DNA from: an uncultured virus (IMG/VR IMGVR_UViG_3300017754_003767)
Taxonomy: Duplodnaviria > Heunggongvirae > Uroviricota > Caudoviricetes
DNA length: 21,650 nt
Strand: one strand, 5' to 3'
IMG/VR virus record: IMGVR_UViG_3300017754_003767
A program made the position numbers and the translations under genes. The notes below the pieces were generated by a model, which ran no database searches, was not told where the DNA came from, and was given only the letters and a program-made list of their open reading frames with translations. Positions 1 through 9,723 of this stretch are shown here, piece after piece (position 1 is the first letter of the stretch; every line of letters starts with the position of its first letter).

Positions 1-1539
1 CAAAATAATTTAACAGCTAGTGGAACAATTAGTGGCCAGACCATTACAGGTCAAGCGCTGCAATCTGTAACCATTAATGCAACAACAGGCACATTCACAA
101 CAGTTACTGGTGCCACAGCAAATTTTGTTAGCGGTGACTTTAGTACTCGTGTATCGGGTGCAACAATTACTGGCAACATTTTACAAGCAACGTCTGGACA
201 GTTTAATTATTTAAGTGGTAACACCGTTACCGGTAATACCGTTCAGGGCACCAGTGGTGTTTTTGGTACGCTGTCAACGCCGCTGCTAAACGTAAGCGGT
301 AACCTATCCGTTGCCAGTGGCTTAACGGTTACCGGTTTAGCTCAATTTGGTAGCGGTGTACAAGTAACAGGAACGTTATCTGGAACAACCGTTACAGGTA
401 CAGCGGCACAATTTACAAGCATCACAGGTGCAACTGGTGTATTCACATCAGTTGTATCAGGCGCGTCAATTACTGGTTCGGTTGTTAACGCAACTCAGAT
501 CACGGGCATCTCTGGAACTTTTACGTCAAGGGTATCTGGCGCAACCGTTACCGGTAACGTAGGTGCATTTGGTTCAATCACTGGCATCTCGGGCGTATTC
601 ACCCAGGTTTTGTCTGGTGCCGTAATCACAGGTAACACGGGACTTTTCTCCGTAGTTACTGGAGTTTCTGGAGTCTATACGAATTTATCAGGTGCAACAG
701 TCACGGGAGACGTTGTACTTGCCGCCACTTTTACAGGTGTAACTGGTGTATTTACCAGTCGTGTGTCGGGTACCACGATTACCGGTAACACTGCCTTGTT
801 CACAAGTGTCACTGGTGTATCTGGTGTATTTACTACACAGGTATCAGGCGCAACCGTTACAGGCACTAGTGGTTTATTCACAAACTTAACGGCAGGCACT
901 GGAGTTTTTACTCTTGTTTCAGGTTTTACTGTTACTGGTAACGCAGGTGCGTTTACAACAGTTAGTGGTATTGACGGTGTTTTTACAGGAAACATCTCAG
1001 GTTCCAGTGTTACTGCTACAACAATCTCTGCAACAACCGGAACGTTTACCAGCGTAACGGGAACGACTGTTAACGCACCTACGGGTATCTTTACGTCTGT
1101 AGTTAGTGGCGCAACCATAACGGGAAATACGGGTTTATTCACGGTAGTAACAGGTGCTACTGGCGTTTTTTCCCAGGTTTCCGGCACCACAATCAATGCA
1201 AACAATTTCTTAGGCGGAACTTTTTCAGGTGAGCAATACAAGGTTTCGGGCGATTTAACAATTATTGATGCCTCTGGTGGTGTCAAACCGTACGGTCAGT
1301 TTACTTTTCCAGCGTCTCCTGGTACTAACAACTACATTCTCACCAGTAATGGTGATGGCACCACAATGTGGCGCTCTACATCATTCCCTAGTCAGGGCAT
1401 TATTCTTGAAAGCATTATCGAGATTATTGTCAACACTGCCATTACTAATGGAAACCATGGTTTATCTGTTGGCCCCGTATCGGTTGCATCCGGTGTGGTA
1501 GTCACTGTACCTTCTGGGTCTTATTGGAGAATCGTTTAA
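1..1539 (+). CDS. Phage tail fibre-like protein, Gly/Thr/Ser-rich (5' partial)
   Basis: Frame 1 reads from base 1 (QNNLTASGTISGQTITG...) into the 610..1539 ORF. It has 25-26 aa repeats (VSGATVTG..GLFT.VTG.SGVFT). The C-terminus GLSVGPVSVASGVVVTVPSGSYWRIV resembles a common phage fibre C-terminal motif. Confidence 0.75.
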   Translation, partial: QNNLTASGTISGQTITGQALQSVTINATTGTFTTVTGATANFVSGDFSTRVSGATITGNILQATSGQFNYLSGNTVTGNTVQGTSGVFGTLSTPLLNVSGNLSVASGLTVTGLAQFGSGVQVTGTLSGTTVTGTAAQFTSITGATGVFTSVVSGASITGSVVNATQITGISGTFTSRVSGATVTGNVGAFGSITGISGVFTQVLSGAVITGNTGLFSVVTGVSGVYTNLSGATVTGDVVLAATFTGVTGVFTSRVSGTTITGNTALFTSVTGVSGVFTTQVSGATVTGTSGLFTNLTAGTGVFTLVSGFTVTGNAGAFTTVSGIDGVFTGNISGSSVTATTISATTGTFTSVTGTTVNAPTGIFTSVVSGATITGNTGLFTVVTGATGVFSQVSGTTINANNFLGGTFSGEQYKVSGDLTIIDASGGVKPYGQFTFPASPGTNNYILTSNGDGTTMWRSTSFPSQGIILESIIEIIVNTAITNGNHGLSVGPVSVASGVVVTVPSGSYWRIV

Positions 1540-1567
1540 ACTGTTATGATGGTAAATAAATAACACT

Positions 1568-1921
1568 ATGGCATACGGATCAGTAAAAAGTGATTACCTT
1601 GTTTACAGCACCATCACAGGTGATGTAACTCTTACCGTATCCGGCATTAACGATAGTTCTACTCTTGCCGGCATTGTTAATTCCACTACCAAAAATATTA
1701 CAACCACTGGCGTTATCTCTGGGTATACGTATAAAACCAGTGGCAACGTTACGGTCATTAGCGGCTCTGGTGACGTGCGTCCCTACGGCCAGTATTCTTT
1801 TCCGACAACGATTGGCACTTCGGGTAACGTGTTGATTACTAATGGAGATGGTACAACGTCTTGGGGGAGTATTGGTGGTGTTACATATGCAACTCTCGGT
1901 CAAATTGTTGCCTTGAATTAA
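1568..1921 (+). CDS. Small tail-fibre-associated structural protein (117 aa)
   Basis: ATG ORF. Shares the YKTSGNVTVI..SG.V.PYG...FP...G module with both neighbouring genes. Confidence 0.7.
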   Translation: MAYGSVKSDYLVYSTITGDVTLTVSGINDSSTLAGIVNSTTKNITTTGVISGYTYKTSGNVTVISGSGDVRPYGQYSFPTTIGTSGNVLITNGDGTTSWGSIGGVTYATLGQIVALN

Positions 1922-2278
1922 ATGACTACCTTAAAGATTGACAATATAATTTTCAGCACTGCGTCAGGTGACGTATCTACGGCAATTTCTGGTGCCATTA
2001 CAAATGCTGAATACGCCATTATTACAGGCATTATTAATTCCACCAACGGGAATATAGCAACAACTGGGGTGATCTCGGGTGGTTCTTTTAAGACCAGTGG
2101 GAACGTCACTGTTATTGATTCGGCAGGTGGGGTTAGTCCCTACGGTTTGTATACGTTGCCAAGTGGTGTAGGCATTTCTGGATATGTTGCAACGAAAGGT
2201 GGAACAACCACATCGGCATGGGAAACCACTACATCTGGTTATTCAACTGCCTTTTCAATTGCACTAGGTAAGTGCTAA
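1922..2278 (+). CDS. Small tail-fibre-associated structural protein (118 aa), paralog of the preceding gene
   Basis: Directly abuts the previous stop. GIINSTNGNIATTGVISGGSFKTSGNVTVI aligns with GIVNSTTKNITTTGVISGYTYKTSGNVTVI. Confidence 0.7.
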   Translation: MTTLKIDNIIFSTASGDVSTAISGAITNAEYAIITGIINSTNGNIATTGVISGGSFKTSGNVTVIDSAGGVSPYGLYTLPSGVGISGYVATKGGTTTSAWETTTSGYSTAFSIALGKC

Positions 2279-2302
2279 TATAAAGAAAAAGTTGGTTTAA
2301 AA

Positions 2303-2638
2303 ATGCCAGAAGCTTTTACAAATAGTGGTGTTAAGTTAACATCTACGGGAGTAACCACAATTTATCAAGCACCTACAGCGGCAAATGCAAGGGCTGTTGT
2401 GTTGTCTTCTTTGGCGGCAAATGCTTCTGGTGTTTCGAGCGTTAACTATAGTGTTGATTTAACTGATAGTGCTGATACTGTTGTTGCTACAATTGCAAAG
2501 ACAATTGCAGTACCGGCGAACGCAACCCTGGAACTGATTCCTAATAAAGTTGTGTTGTCTTCTGGCCAGAAGCTGCGAGCTACATCAAGTGTGGCAAGCG
2601 GTATTCATGTGGTTACTTCCGTTTTAGAAATTACCTGA
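2303..2638 (+). CDS. Small beta-rich virion or adaptor protein (111 aa)
   Basis: MPEAFTN...IAKTIAVPANATLELI..KVVL..G..L......VVTSVLEIT resembles a widespread ~110-aa family in aquatic phage tail clusters (recognised from memory). Confidence 0.65.
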   Translation: MPEAFTNSGVKLTSTGVTTIYQAPTAANARAVVLSSLAANASGVSSVNYSVDLTDSADTVVATIAKTIAVPANATLELIPNKVVLSSGQKLRATSSVASGIHVVTSVLEIT

Positions 2639-2645
2639 TTTAGCA

Positions 2646-5600
2646 ATGGCATTAGAGACTTTCGAAGCAGGCTACGCGGGTTCGCGTCCACCCCGCACTG
2701 GTGCCCAGTGGTCGGGCATGTGGAAGCTTGGTCAAGTCACTGATCGCCTTATTGATGGCAAATGGCCCAGTGCCTGGTCTGTTACTGGTGGCAATCAACA
2801 AAAATCATTTGCAATTGTACAGGGAGATGGAACACCTACTGATGTTCAATTTAATGATGACGGAACCAGGTTTTATGTAATTGGAAATGCAAAAGATACA
2901 ATTTATCAATATACATGTACCACTGCATGGGACGTAAGTACTGCAGTATATGCAGGTAAATCGTTTTATGTTGGTACACAAGAAATAACTCCAAATGCAT
3001 TATTTTTTAAATCGGACGGCGCTAAATTTTACATTGTAGGCAGTACAAACGACACAGTTTATCAGTATTCATGTGCAACTGCATGGGATGTAAGCACTGC
3101 ATTTTATGACAGTAAATCATTTAGTGTTGCTGCGCAAGAAACAACTCCAAATGCATTATTTTTTAAATCGGATGGCACTAAATTTTATGTTGTAGGCCCT
3201 TCAACTGCTAGGGTACATCAATACTCCTGCGCCACTGCATGGGATGTAAGCACTGCATTTTATGATAGCAAGTTATTTAATGTTCTTGCACAAGAATCAA
3301 ATCCATTTGGATTATTTTTTAAATCAGACGGCACTGCGTTTTACATTGTAGGTCCTACAAACGACACAGTTTATCAATACACATGTGCTACGGCATGGGA
3401 TATTAGTACTGCATCTTATTCAAGTAAATCGCTTGTTGTCAATGGACAGGAAACGCAACCACAAGCATTATTTTTTAAATCAGACGGTACAGCTCTTTAT
3501 GTTGTTGGCCAAACAAACGATGCAGTATTTCAATACACCTGTGCTACTGCGTGGGATGTAAGCACAGGATCTTACAGTCAGAAAGCGTTTTATATTGGCG
3601 GTGGACAGGAAACAAACCCTAGCGAGGTACAATTTAATGATGATGGAACTAAATTTTATGTAATTGGTAATACAAATGACACAGTTTATCAATACACATG
3701 TGCCACTGCATGGGATGTAAGCACCGCGTCATTTGCTAATAAATCATTTTTCGTTGGGCTGCAAGAAACAGGCTCAACTGGATTATTTTTTAAACCAGAC
3801 GGCACTAAGTTTTACATTGTAGGTACTACTAACGACACCGTATATCAATACTCATGTGCTACTGCCTGGGACGTAAGCACTGCAGCATATGACAGTAAAT
3901 TATTTAGTGTTGGTGTGCAAGAAACAAGCCCGCAAGGTTTATTTTTTAAACCAGATGGCACTACATTTTATATTGTAGGAACTATAAATGATACGGTATA
4001 TCAATACTCATGTGCTACTGCATGGGATGTAAGTACGGCATCTTATGCAAGTAAATCATTTAGTGTTGCAGGCCAAGATACATTTCCACAAGGATTATTT
4101 TTTAAATCAGATGGTACTGCGTTTTATATTGTAGGCCAAGCAAACAGAACAGTTTATCAATACTCCTGCGCTACGGCATGGGATATTAGCACTGCATCTT
4201 ATGCAAGTAAAGCATTTAGTGTTGCCACACAGTTAACGTCAGAAACCCTTGCTGGTATCTGTTTTAAATCAGATGGAACCAAATTATACATTTTAGGCGC
4301 TAATTTGAGGATAGTTTATCAATACACATGCTCTACCGCCTGGGATTTAAACACTACTTCTACGTATGACAGCAAATCATTTAGTGTAAATGCTCAAGAT
4401 ACAGCTCCAGTAGACGTACAATTTAAAGATGATGGCACTAAATTTTATATTTTAGGTGCTGGTACTGATACAGTATTCCAATACTCCTGTGTTACGGCAT
4501 GGGATGTCAGTACTGCATCCTATGACAGCAAATCATTTAGTGTTAACGCACAAGAATCAAATCCACAAGGATTGTTTTTTAAATCAGATGGTACTACATT
4601 TTATATTGTAGGAGTTGCAAGTGATACTGTATATCAGTATTCTTGTGCAACTGCATGGGATGTTAGCACCGCATCTTATGCAAGCAAATCATTTAGTATT
4701 GCTGCGCAAGAATTAACTCCAAATGGAATATTTTTTAAATCGGATGGTTTAAAATTTTATGTTATCGGTTCAAATTCAGGCAGAGTGCAGCAATACTCAT
4801 GCGCTACTGCATGGGATGTAAGCACTGCATCATATGACACTAAATCGCTTAGTGTTACAGGCCAAGACACAACTCCAAATGGAATATTTTTTAAATCTGA
4901 TGGCACTAAATTTTATATTATAGGAGCAACAAATGATAATGTATATCAATACTCCTGTGCCACTGCATGGGATGTAGGCACTGCGTCATATGATACTAGA
5001 TTGTTTAGTGTTGCTTCGCAAGAAACAAATTCACAAGGTTTATTTTTTAAACCTGATGGTGCTAAATTTTATATTGTAGGTTCTACAGGTGATACTGTAT
5101 ATCAGTATTCAACTGTTGCCGCATGGGAAATCCAATCTCCTTTTTATGACAACAAATTTTACAGAACAGCTACAGAAGAAACAACGCCATATGGGTTAAC
5201 TTTTAAAACAGACGGTACCAAGTTTTACATTGTTGGTAATACATACGACACAATTTTTCAATACTCATGCTCTACCGCATGGGACATCAGTACTGGGTCT
5301 TATGACAACAAAACGTTTACTACTACAGCACAAGAAGGACAGCCCACTAGTTTATTTTTCAAACCAGACGGCACCAAGCTATATGTAATTGGCGGTTCAA
5401 ATGATACAGTATATCAATACTCATGCGCAACAGCGTGGGACGTAAGTACTGCGTCATACGATAGCAGATCATTTAGTGCTACTACACTGGAAAGTTCAGC
5501 GGAAGGATTGTTTTTTAAACCAGACGGCACTAAGTTTTATATTGTTGGTAGCATAAACGACACCGTATATCAATTTGCTTGTGGCATAGCTTGGGATATA

Positions 5601-5906
5601 AGTACCGCCTACTACGAAACAAAATCATTTAGTATTCGCGCACAAGAAGGTAATCCGTTTGGTTTATATTTTAAAGATGACGGAACCAAATTTTATATGT
5701 TAGGCAGTTCAAATGATTCAGTATACCAATACTCCTGTACTACTCCTTGGGACGTAAGCACCGCTTCCTATGACGGTGTATCGTATAGTGTTGCAACACA
5801 AGACACTACAAGCCATGAGATTCAATTTAAACCTGATGGCACTACATTTTATGTATTAGGTGATAACACCGACACAATCTATCAATACTCGGGTCTATTA
5901 CAATAA
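2646..5906 (+). CDS. Multi-beta-propeller repeat protein, putative receptor-binding/adhesin (20 x 52-aa repeats)
   Basis: Twenty repeats of SY.SKSFSV..QE..P.GLFFK.DGTKFYIVG..NDTVYQYSCATAWDVSTA. The F..DG..(L/F)Y pattern is typical of YVTN/lactonase-like blades. Lies in the tail module. Confidence 0.8.
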   Translation: MALETFEAGYAGSRPPRTGAQWSGMWKLGQVTDRLIDGKWPSAWSVTGGNQQKSFAIVQGDGTPTDVQFNDDGTRFYVIGNAKDTIYQYTCTTAWDVSTAVYAGKSFYVGTQEITPNALFFKSDGAKFYIVGSTNDTVYQYSCATAWDVSTAFYDSKSFSVAAQETTPNALFFKSDGTKFYVVGPSTARVHQYSCATAWDVSTAFYDSKLFNVLAQESNPFGLFFKSDGTAFYIVGPTNDTVYQYTCATAWDISTASYSSKSLVVNGQETQPQALFFKSDGTALYVVGQTNDAVFQYTCATAWDVSTGSYSQKAFYIGGGQETNPSEVQFNDDGTKFYVIGNTNDTVYQYTCATAWDVSTASFANKSFFVGLQETGSTGLFFKPDGTKFYIVGTTNDTVYQYSCATAWDVSTAAYDSKLFSVGVQETSPQGLFFKPDGTTFYIVGTINDTVYQYSCATAWDVSTASYASKSFSVAGQDTFPQGLFFKSDGTAFYIVGQANRTVYQYSCATAWDISTASYASKAFSVATQLTSETLAGICFKSDGTKLYILGANLRIVYQYTCSTAWDLNTTSTYDSKSFSVNAQDTAPVDVQFKDDGTKFYILGAGTDTVFQYSCVTAWDVSTASYDSKSFSVNAQESNPQGLFFKSDGTTFYIVGVASDTVYQYSCATAWDVSTASYASKSFSIAAQELTPNGIFFKSDGLKFYVIGSNSGRVQQYSCATAWDVSTASYDTKSLSVTGQDTTPNGIFFKSDGTKFYIIGATNDNVYQYSCATAWDVGTASYDTRLFSVASQETNSQGLFFKPDGAKFYIVGSTGDTVYQYSTVAAWEIQSPFYDNKFYRTATEETTPYGLTFKTDGTKFYIVGNTYDTIFQYSCSTAWDISTGSYDNKTFTTTAQEGQPTSLFFKPDGTKLYVIGGSNDTVYQYSCATAWDVSTASYDSRSFSATTLESSAEGLFFKPDGTKFYIVGSINDTVYQFACGIAWDISTAYYETKSFSIRAQEGNPFGLYFKDDGTKFYMLGSSNDSVYQYSCTTPWDVSTASYDGVSYSVATQDTTSHEIQFKPDGTTFYVLGDNTDTIYQYSGLLQ

Positions 5907-8410
5907 GTAAATAGAGCAGACTAAAAATGAAAGGAAATTACATCGGTAAAAAACCCTCTGGTTACAGCGCCATCTCTGCTAGTAAAACAGGGGCTTGGGA
6001 AATTTACGACCAAGGGCAAATGGTGCGTGATACCCAATGGACCGGACAACCGTGGGACGTAAATAATGGGTACTACCTAAATAAAAAATGGACAGTTGGG
6101 TTAAATGAAACAACTCCTGGCGATGTTCAATTTAATGATGATGGAACAAAACTTTACATTATTGGTTCTAACACTGATGCTATTTACCAATATACATGCT
6201 CTACCGCATGGGATTTAACCACAGCTTTTTACACGGGTAAATCATTTAGTGTTGCTACGCAAGAAAATAATCCACAAGGTTTATTTTTTAAATCAGATGG
6301 CACTAAATTTTATATTGTAGGCCAACAAAATAACACAGTTTATCAATACTCTTGTGGTACAGCATGGGACATAAGCACTGCTTTTTATGAAAGAAAAGCG
6401 TTTAGTATTACTAGCCAAGACGCGCTTCCACGGGGATTATTTTTTAAATCAGATGGCACTGCGTTGTATATTGTAGGGGGTACTAATAACAGAATTTTTC
6501 AATACTCCTGCGCTACTGCATGGGATGTAAGTACCACGTCTTACGATAATAAATCATTTCTTGTTTCTTCCCAAGATTCAGTTGGAACTACTTTATTTTT
6601 TAAACCTGACGGCACTAAATTTTATATTACAGGAACAACAAATGATAATGTCTATCAATACTCCTGCGCTACTGCATGGGATATTAGTACTGGGTCTTAC
6701 GATAATAAAATTTGCCGTCTTTCTGGTATAGAAGGAACGGCAAATGGATTATTTTTTAAATCAGATGGTACCAAATTGTATGTTATTGGTTCTACAGGTA
6801 ATACAGCAATTGAATTCACCTTGTCTACAGCCTGGGACGTAAGTACTAATAATGGGGCGGGCGGTGTGTTTTATGTAGGGGGACAAGAATTAACTCAACA
6901 AGGTATTACTTTTAAACCTGACGGCACTACATTTTATATTGTAGGAACTTCAAATAAAACGATTTATCAATATTCCTGCGCCACTGCATGGGATGTAAGC
7001 ACTGCATCATATGCAAGTAAATCATTCAGTGTAAATGCTCAAGAAACAAATCCAACAGACGTACAATTTAAAGATGATGGCACTAAATTTTATATTGTAG
7101 GCACTGCAAACGATACTGTATTTCAATACTCATGTGCTACAGCATGGGACGTAAGTACTGCGTCATATGACACTAAATCATTTAGTGTTGCAGGCCAAGA
7201 AACAAATACAAATGGATTATTTTTTAAATCAGACGGTACTACATTTTATATTGTAGGCCAAACAAATGCAATAGTTTATCAGTACACATGTGCTACGGCA
7301 TGGGATGTTAGTACTGCATCATATGCAAGTAAGTCGTTTAGTGTTATTGCACAAGACTCAAACCCACGAGGATTATTTTTTAAACCAGATGGTACTAAGT
7401 TTTATGTTGTTGGTGGTACTAATGCAAGAGCATATCAATACTCTTGTGCTACAGCATGGGATGTAAGTACTGCATCTTATGACACTAAATCTTTTAGTGT
7501 TGTAGAACAAGATAATACCATGAATGGACTTTTTTTTAAACCGGACGGAACCAGGTTATATGCGGTAGGTCAAGTAAGTGATAACATTAGTCAATACGAC
7601 CTACCCCTGGCATGGGACGTGGTTAATGCTGGGTTTGGTATTAAAGCTTTTGCGGTTAATTTACAAGATACAGGTCCAAATGATTTAACTTTTGGTTCGG
7701 ATGGTACTAAACTTTATGTTATTGGTAATACGGGTGATGCAGTATATCAATACACATGTTCTACAGCCTGGGACATAAACACTGCAGTTTTTAATTACAA
7801 CTCAAGTGGTGCTTATGGACGCGCTCGTGTTAGTACGCAAGAAACAAATCCAACTGGATTATTTTTTAAGCCAGATGGTACTAAGTTTTATATTGTAGGC
7901 ACTACAAACGATACTGTATTTCAATACTCATGTGCTACAGCATGGGACGTAAGTACTGCGTCATATGACACTAAATCATTTAGTGTTGCGGCACAAGAAA
8001 CAACGCCAAATGGATTATTTTTTAAACCAGATGGTACAACATTTTATATAGTGGGAAATTCAACTGATACAGTCTATCAATATTCATGTGCTACTGCGTG
8101 GGATATAAGTACTGCATCCTATGCTACTAAATCATTTGGTGTAAACGCACAAGATTCAAATCCAGTTGGATTATTTTTCAAACCTGATGGCACTAAATTT
8201 TATATTGTAGGTATTACAAATGATACCGTCTTTCAATATGCCTGTGCTACAGCATGGGATGTTAGTACTGCATCTTACGAAAATAAATCGTTTAGTATTC
8301 AACTACAAGAAGGAGTCCCAGCTGGAATAGCAATTGATGATTTAGGTAGCTTTTTGTACATTTGCGGTATTACATCCCCACAAGGTGTGTACCAATATTC
8401 TTTAGTTTAA
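2790..8410 (+). repeat. Coding tandem repeats with a ~156-bp unit, 35 copies over two genes
   Basis: gcatgggatgtaagcactgc, ttattttttaaa(t/c)cagatgg and tatcaatactc recur at about 156-bp spacing. Confidence 0.9.
5927..8410 (+). CDS. Multi-beta-propeller repeat protein, paralog (15 x 52-aa repeats)
   Basis: Fifteen copies of the same repeat, plus a short N-terminal leader similar to that of the preceding gene. Confidence 0.8.
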   Translation: MKGNYIGKKPSGYSAISASKTGAWEIYDQGQMVRDTQWTGQPWDVNNGYYLNKKWTVGLNETTPGDVQFNDDGTKLYIIGSNTDAIYQYTCSTAWDLTTAFYTGKSFSVATQENNPQGLFFKSDGTKFYIVGQQNNTVYQYSCGTAWDISTAFYERKAFSITSQDALPRGLFFKSDGTALYIVGGTNNRIFQYSCATAWDVSTTSYDNKSFLVSSQDSVGTTLFFKPDGTKFYITGTTNDNVYQYSCATAWDISTGSYDNKICRLSGIEGTANGLFFKSDGTKLYVIGSTGNTAIEFTLSTAWDVSTNNGAGGVFYVGGQELTQQGITFKPDGTTFYIVGTSNKTIYQYSCATAWDVSTASYASKSFSVNAQETNPTDVQFKDDGTKFYIVGTANDTVFQYSCATAWDVSTASYDTKSFSVAGQETNTNGLFFKSDGTTFYIVGQTNAIVYQYTCATAWDVSTASYASKSFSVIAQDSNPRGLFFKPDGTKFYVVGGTNARAYQYSCATAWDVSTASYDTKSFSVVEQDNTMNGLFFKPDGTRLYAVGQVSDNISQYDLPLAWDVVNAGFGIKAFAVNLQDTGPNDLTFGSDGTKLYVIGNTGDAVYQYTCSTAWDINTAVFNYNSSGAYGRARVSTQETNPTGLFFKPDGTKFYIVGTTNDTVFQYSCATAWDVSTASYDTKSFSVAAQETTPNGLFFKPDGTTFYIVGNSTDTVYQYSCATAWDISTASYATKSFGVNAQDSNPVGLFFKPDGTKFYIVGITNDTVFQYACATAWDVSTASYENKSFSIQLQEGVPAGIAIDDLGSFLYICGITSPQGVYQYSLV

Positions 8411-8452
8411 TTAGCCGCATTAAAAATAAAAACACCACAAGCAAAAGGTAAA

Positions 8453-9565
8453 ATGCCAATTAAATTAGTTGATGCTGCAAAATATGACGAGCAACTTGAG
8501 CATCAAATAGATGCGTGGAATTGGCTTCAATCCCAAATTCCTCCTGAAATCCTAGAATCTTTTGCTGTTAAGTACCGCAGTAAATCTGTTACGCCTTCAG
8601 ATTATTCCAATAGTTGGGACGGTGTTTTACAAGCAGCAAAACAAGTTGGTGCCAAATATCCAGAAGTTGTTGCTGCTCAATGGGCACTTGAATCTGGGTG
8701 GGGTAAACACACCTCAGGTAAAAATAACTTCTTTGGTCTTAAAGGGTCTGGGTCAACCGTAAACACTCAAGAGTTTTTAAACGGTCAGTGGATAACAATT
8801 CAGGCTGGTTTTATTGATTTTCCTGACATTGACACATGCATTTGTTACCTTGTTGATCGCTGGTACAAAGACTACGGCACTTACAAGGGTGTAAACCGTG
8901 CCACAAGTAGGAACAACTGTGCTCAGTTATTGGTCACAGAAGGATACGCTACTGATCCTAGCTATAGCACCAAGCTAATCCAGATCATGGACAAACAACT
9001 TGGGACACCTGGCGTAAATGCAGCTGATACGACAACATCTAAAACACTGTCCGTACCTTATTTCTACCAGCTTGACAACCAGTCTGGCACTGGATATCGC
9101 GAGTGCTTCTCTTCGAGTTGTGCCATGATTGCTGCTTATTACAACTTAGTAAAATCGGATGACGAATACAATAAAATTCGCGCCAAGTACGGAGACACAA
9201 CCAACAAAGACGCTCAGCTAGCAACTCTGCGATCCCTGGGACTCAAAGCAACTTTTATTACCAATGGTAATTCAGCGTTACTAGAAAATGAAATCCGCAA
9301 CGGCAGGCCGGTAGCTGTTGGTTGGCTGCATCACGGGAGCGTTAAGCAGCCAACAGGTGGAGGACACTGGACATGTTGCATTGGTTTCACGGCTGATGTG
9401 TTTGTCCACAACGATCCAAACGGAGAAGCTGACTTAGTAAACGGAGGGTATGTCAGCACTTCTGCAGCAAAGGGGAAAGGGGTTAAGTACAGTAAGAAAA
9501 ACTGGCTGCCCCGATGGGAATGTGACGGCAGTGGCACAGGCTGGGCAATTATCGTATCAAAGTGA
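8453..9565 (+). CDS. Endolysin / cell-wall hydrolase: GH73 glucosaminidase (FlgJ-like) plus C39-like cysteine peptidase domain
   Basis: AAQWALESGWG, NNFFGLKG and GYATDPSY (GH73). VPYFYQLDN...ECFSSSCAM...GGGHW...HNDP (C39-like Cys/His/Asp). Confidence 0.85.
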   Translation: MPIKLVDAAKYDEQLEHQIDAWNWLQSQIPPEILESFAVKYRSKSVTPSDYSNSWDGVLQAAKQVGAKYPEVVAAQWALESGWGKHTSGKNNFFGLKGSGSTVNTQEFLNGQWITIQAGFIDFPDIDTCICYLVDRWYKDYGTYKGVNRATSRNNCAQLLVTEGYATDPSYSTKLIQIMDKQLGTPGVNAADTTTSKTLSVPYFYQLDNQSGTGYRECFSSSCAMIAAYYNLVKSDDEYNKIRAKYGDTTNKDAQLATLRSLGLKATFITNGNSALLENEIRNGRPVAVGWLHHGSVKQPTGGGHWTCCIGFTADVFVHNDPNGEADLVNGGYVSTSAAKGKGVKYSKKNWLPRWECDGSGTGWAIIVSK

Positions 9566-9723
9566 AACGTAATAAAGATTTAAGGATTCGCGTCAATATC
9601 TGCTGGGAAGTTGGCGACGAAAAAAAATGCGTAACCCTCAGTAAAGAAGAGGCTTACGCAACTAGAAAATGGGTGGAAGACAACGATGGTGTTGTGTTCT
9701 GGAGCCAGGTACTACCTGATTAA
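9562..9723 (+). CDS. Hypothetical protein (53 aa, not in ORF track)
   Basis: GTG start overlaps the lysin stop (GTGA). Reads MKRNKDLRIRVNICWEVGDEKKCVTLSKEEAYATRKWVEDNDGVVFWSQVLPD. Confidence 0.6.
   Translation: MKRNKDLRIRVNICWEVGDEKKCVTLSKEEAYATRKWVEDNDGVVFWSQVLPD
9620..9660 (-). terminator. Possible intrinsic terminator for the minus-strand block
   Basis: Minus strand TGCGTAAGCCTC-N9-GAGGGTTACGCA (one mismatch) followed by T8, 60 nt after the endonuclease stop. Confidence 0.4.

Noticed and set aside
675..2109. Minus-strand ORFs 675..1286, 1580..1903 and 1918..2109
   Set aside because: Antisense shadows of low-complexity structural genes.
2646..8410. DGR template/variable repeat pair or CRISPR array among the repeats
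   Set aside because: All copies are in-frame coding units, differences are not limited to adenines, there are no unique spacers, and no reverse transcriptase or cas gene is in the window.
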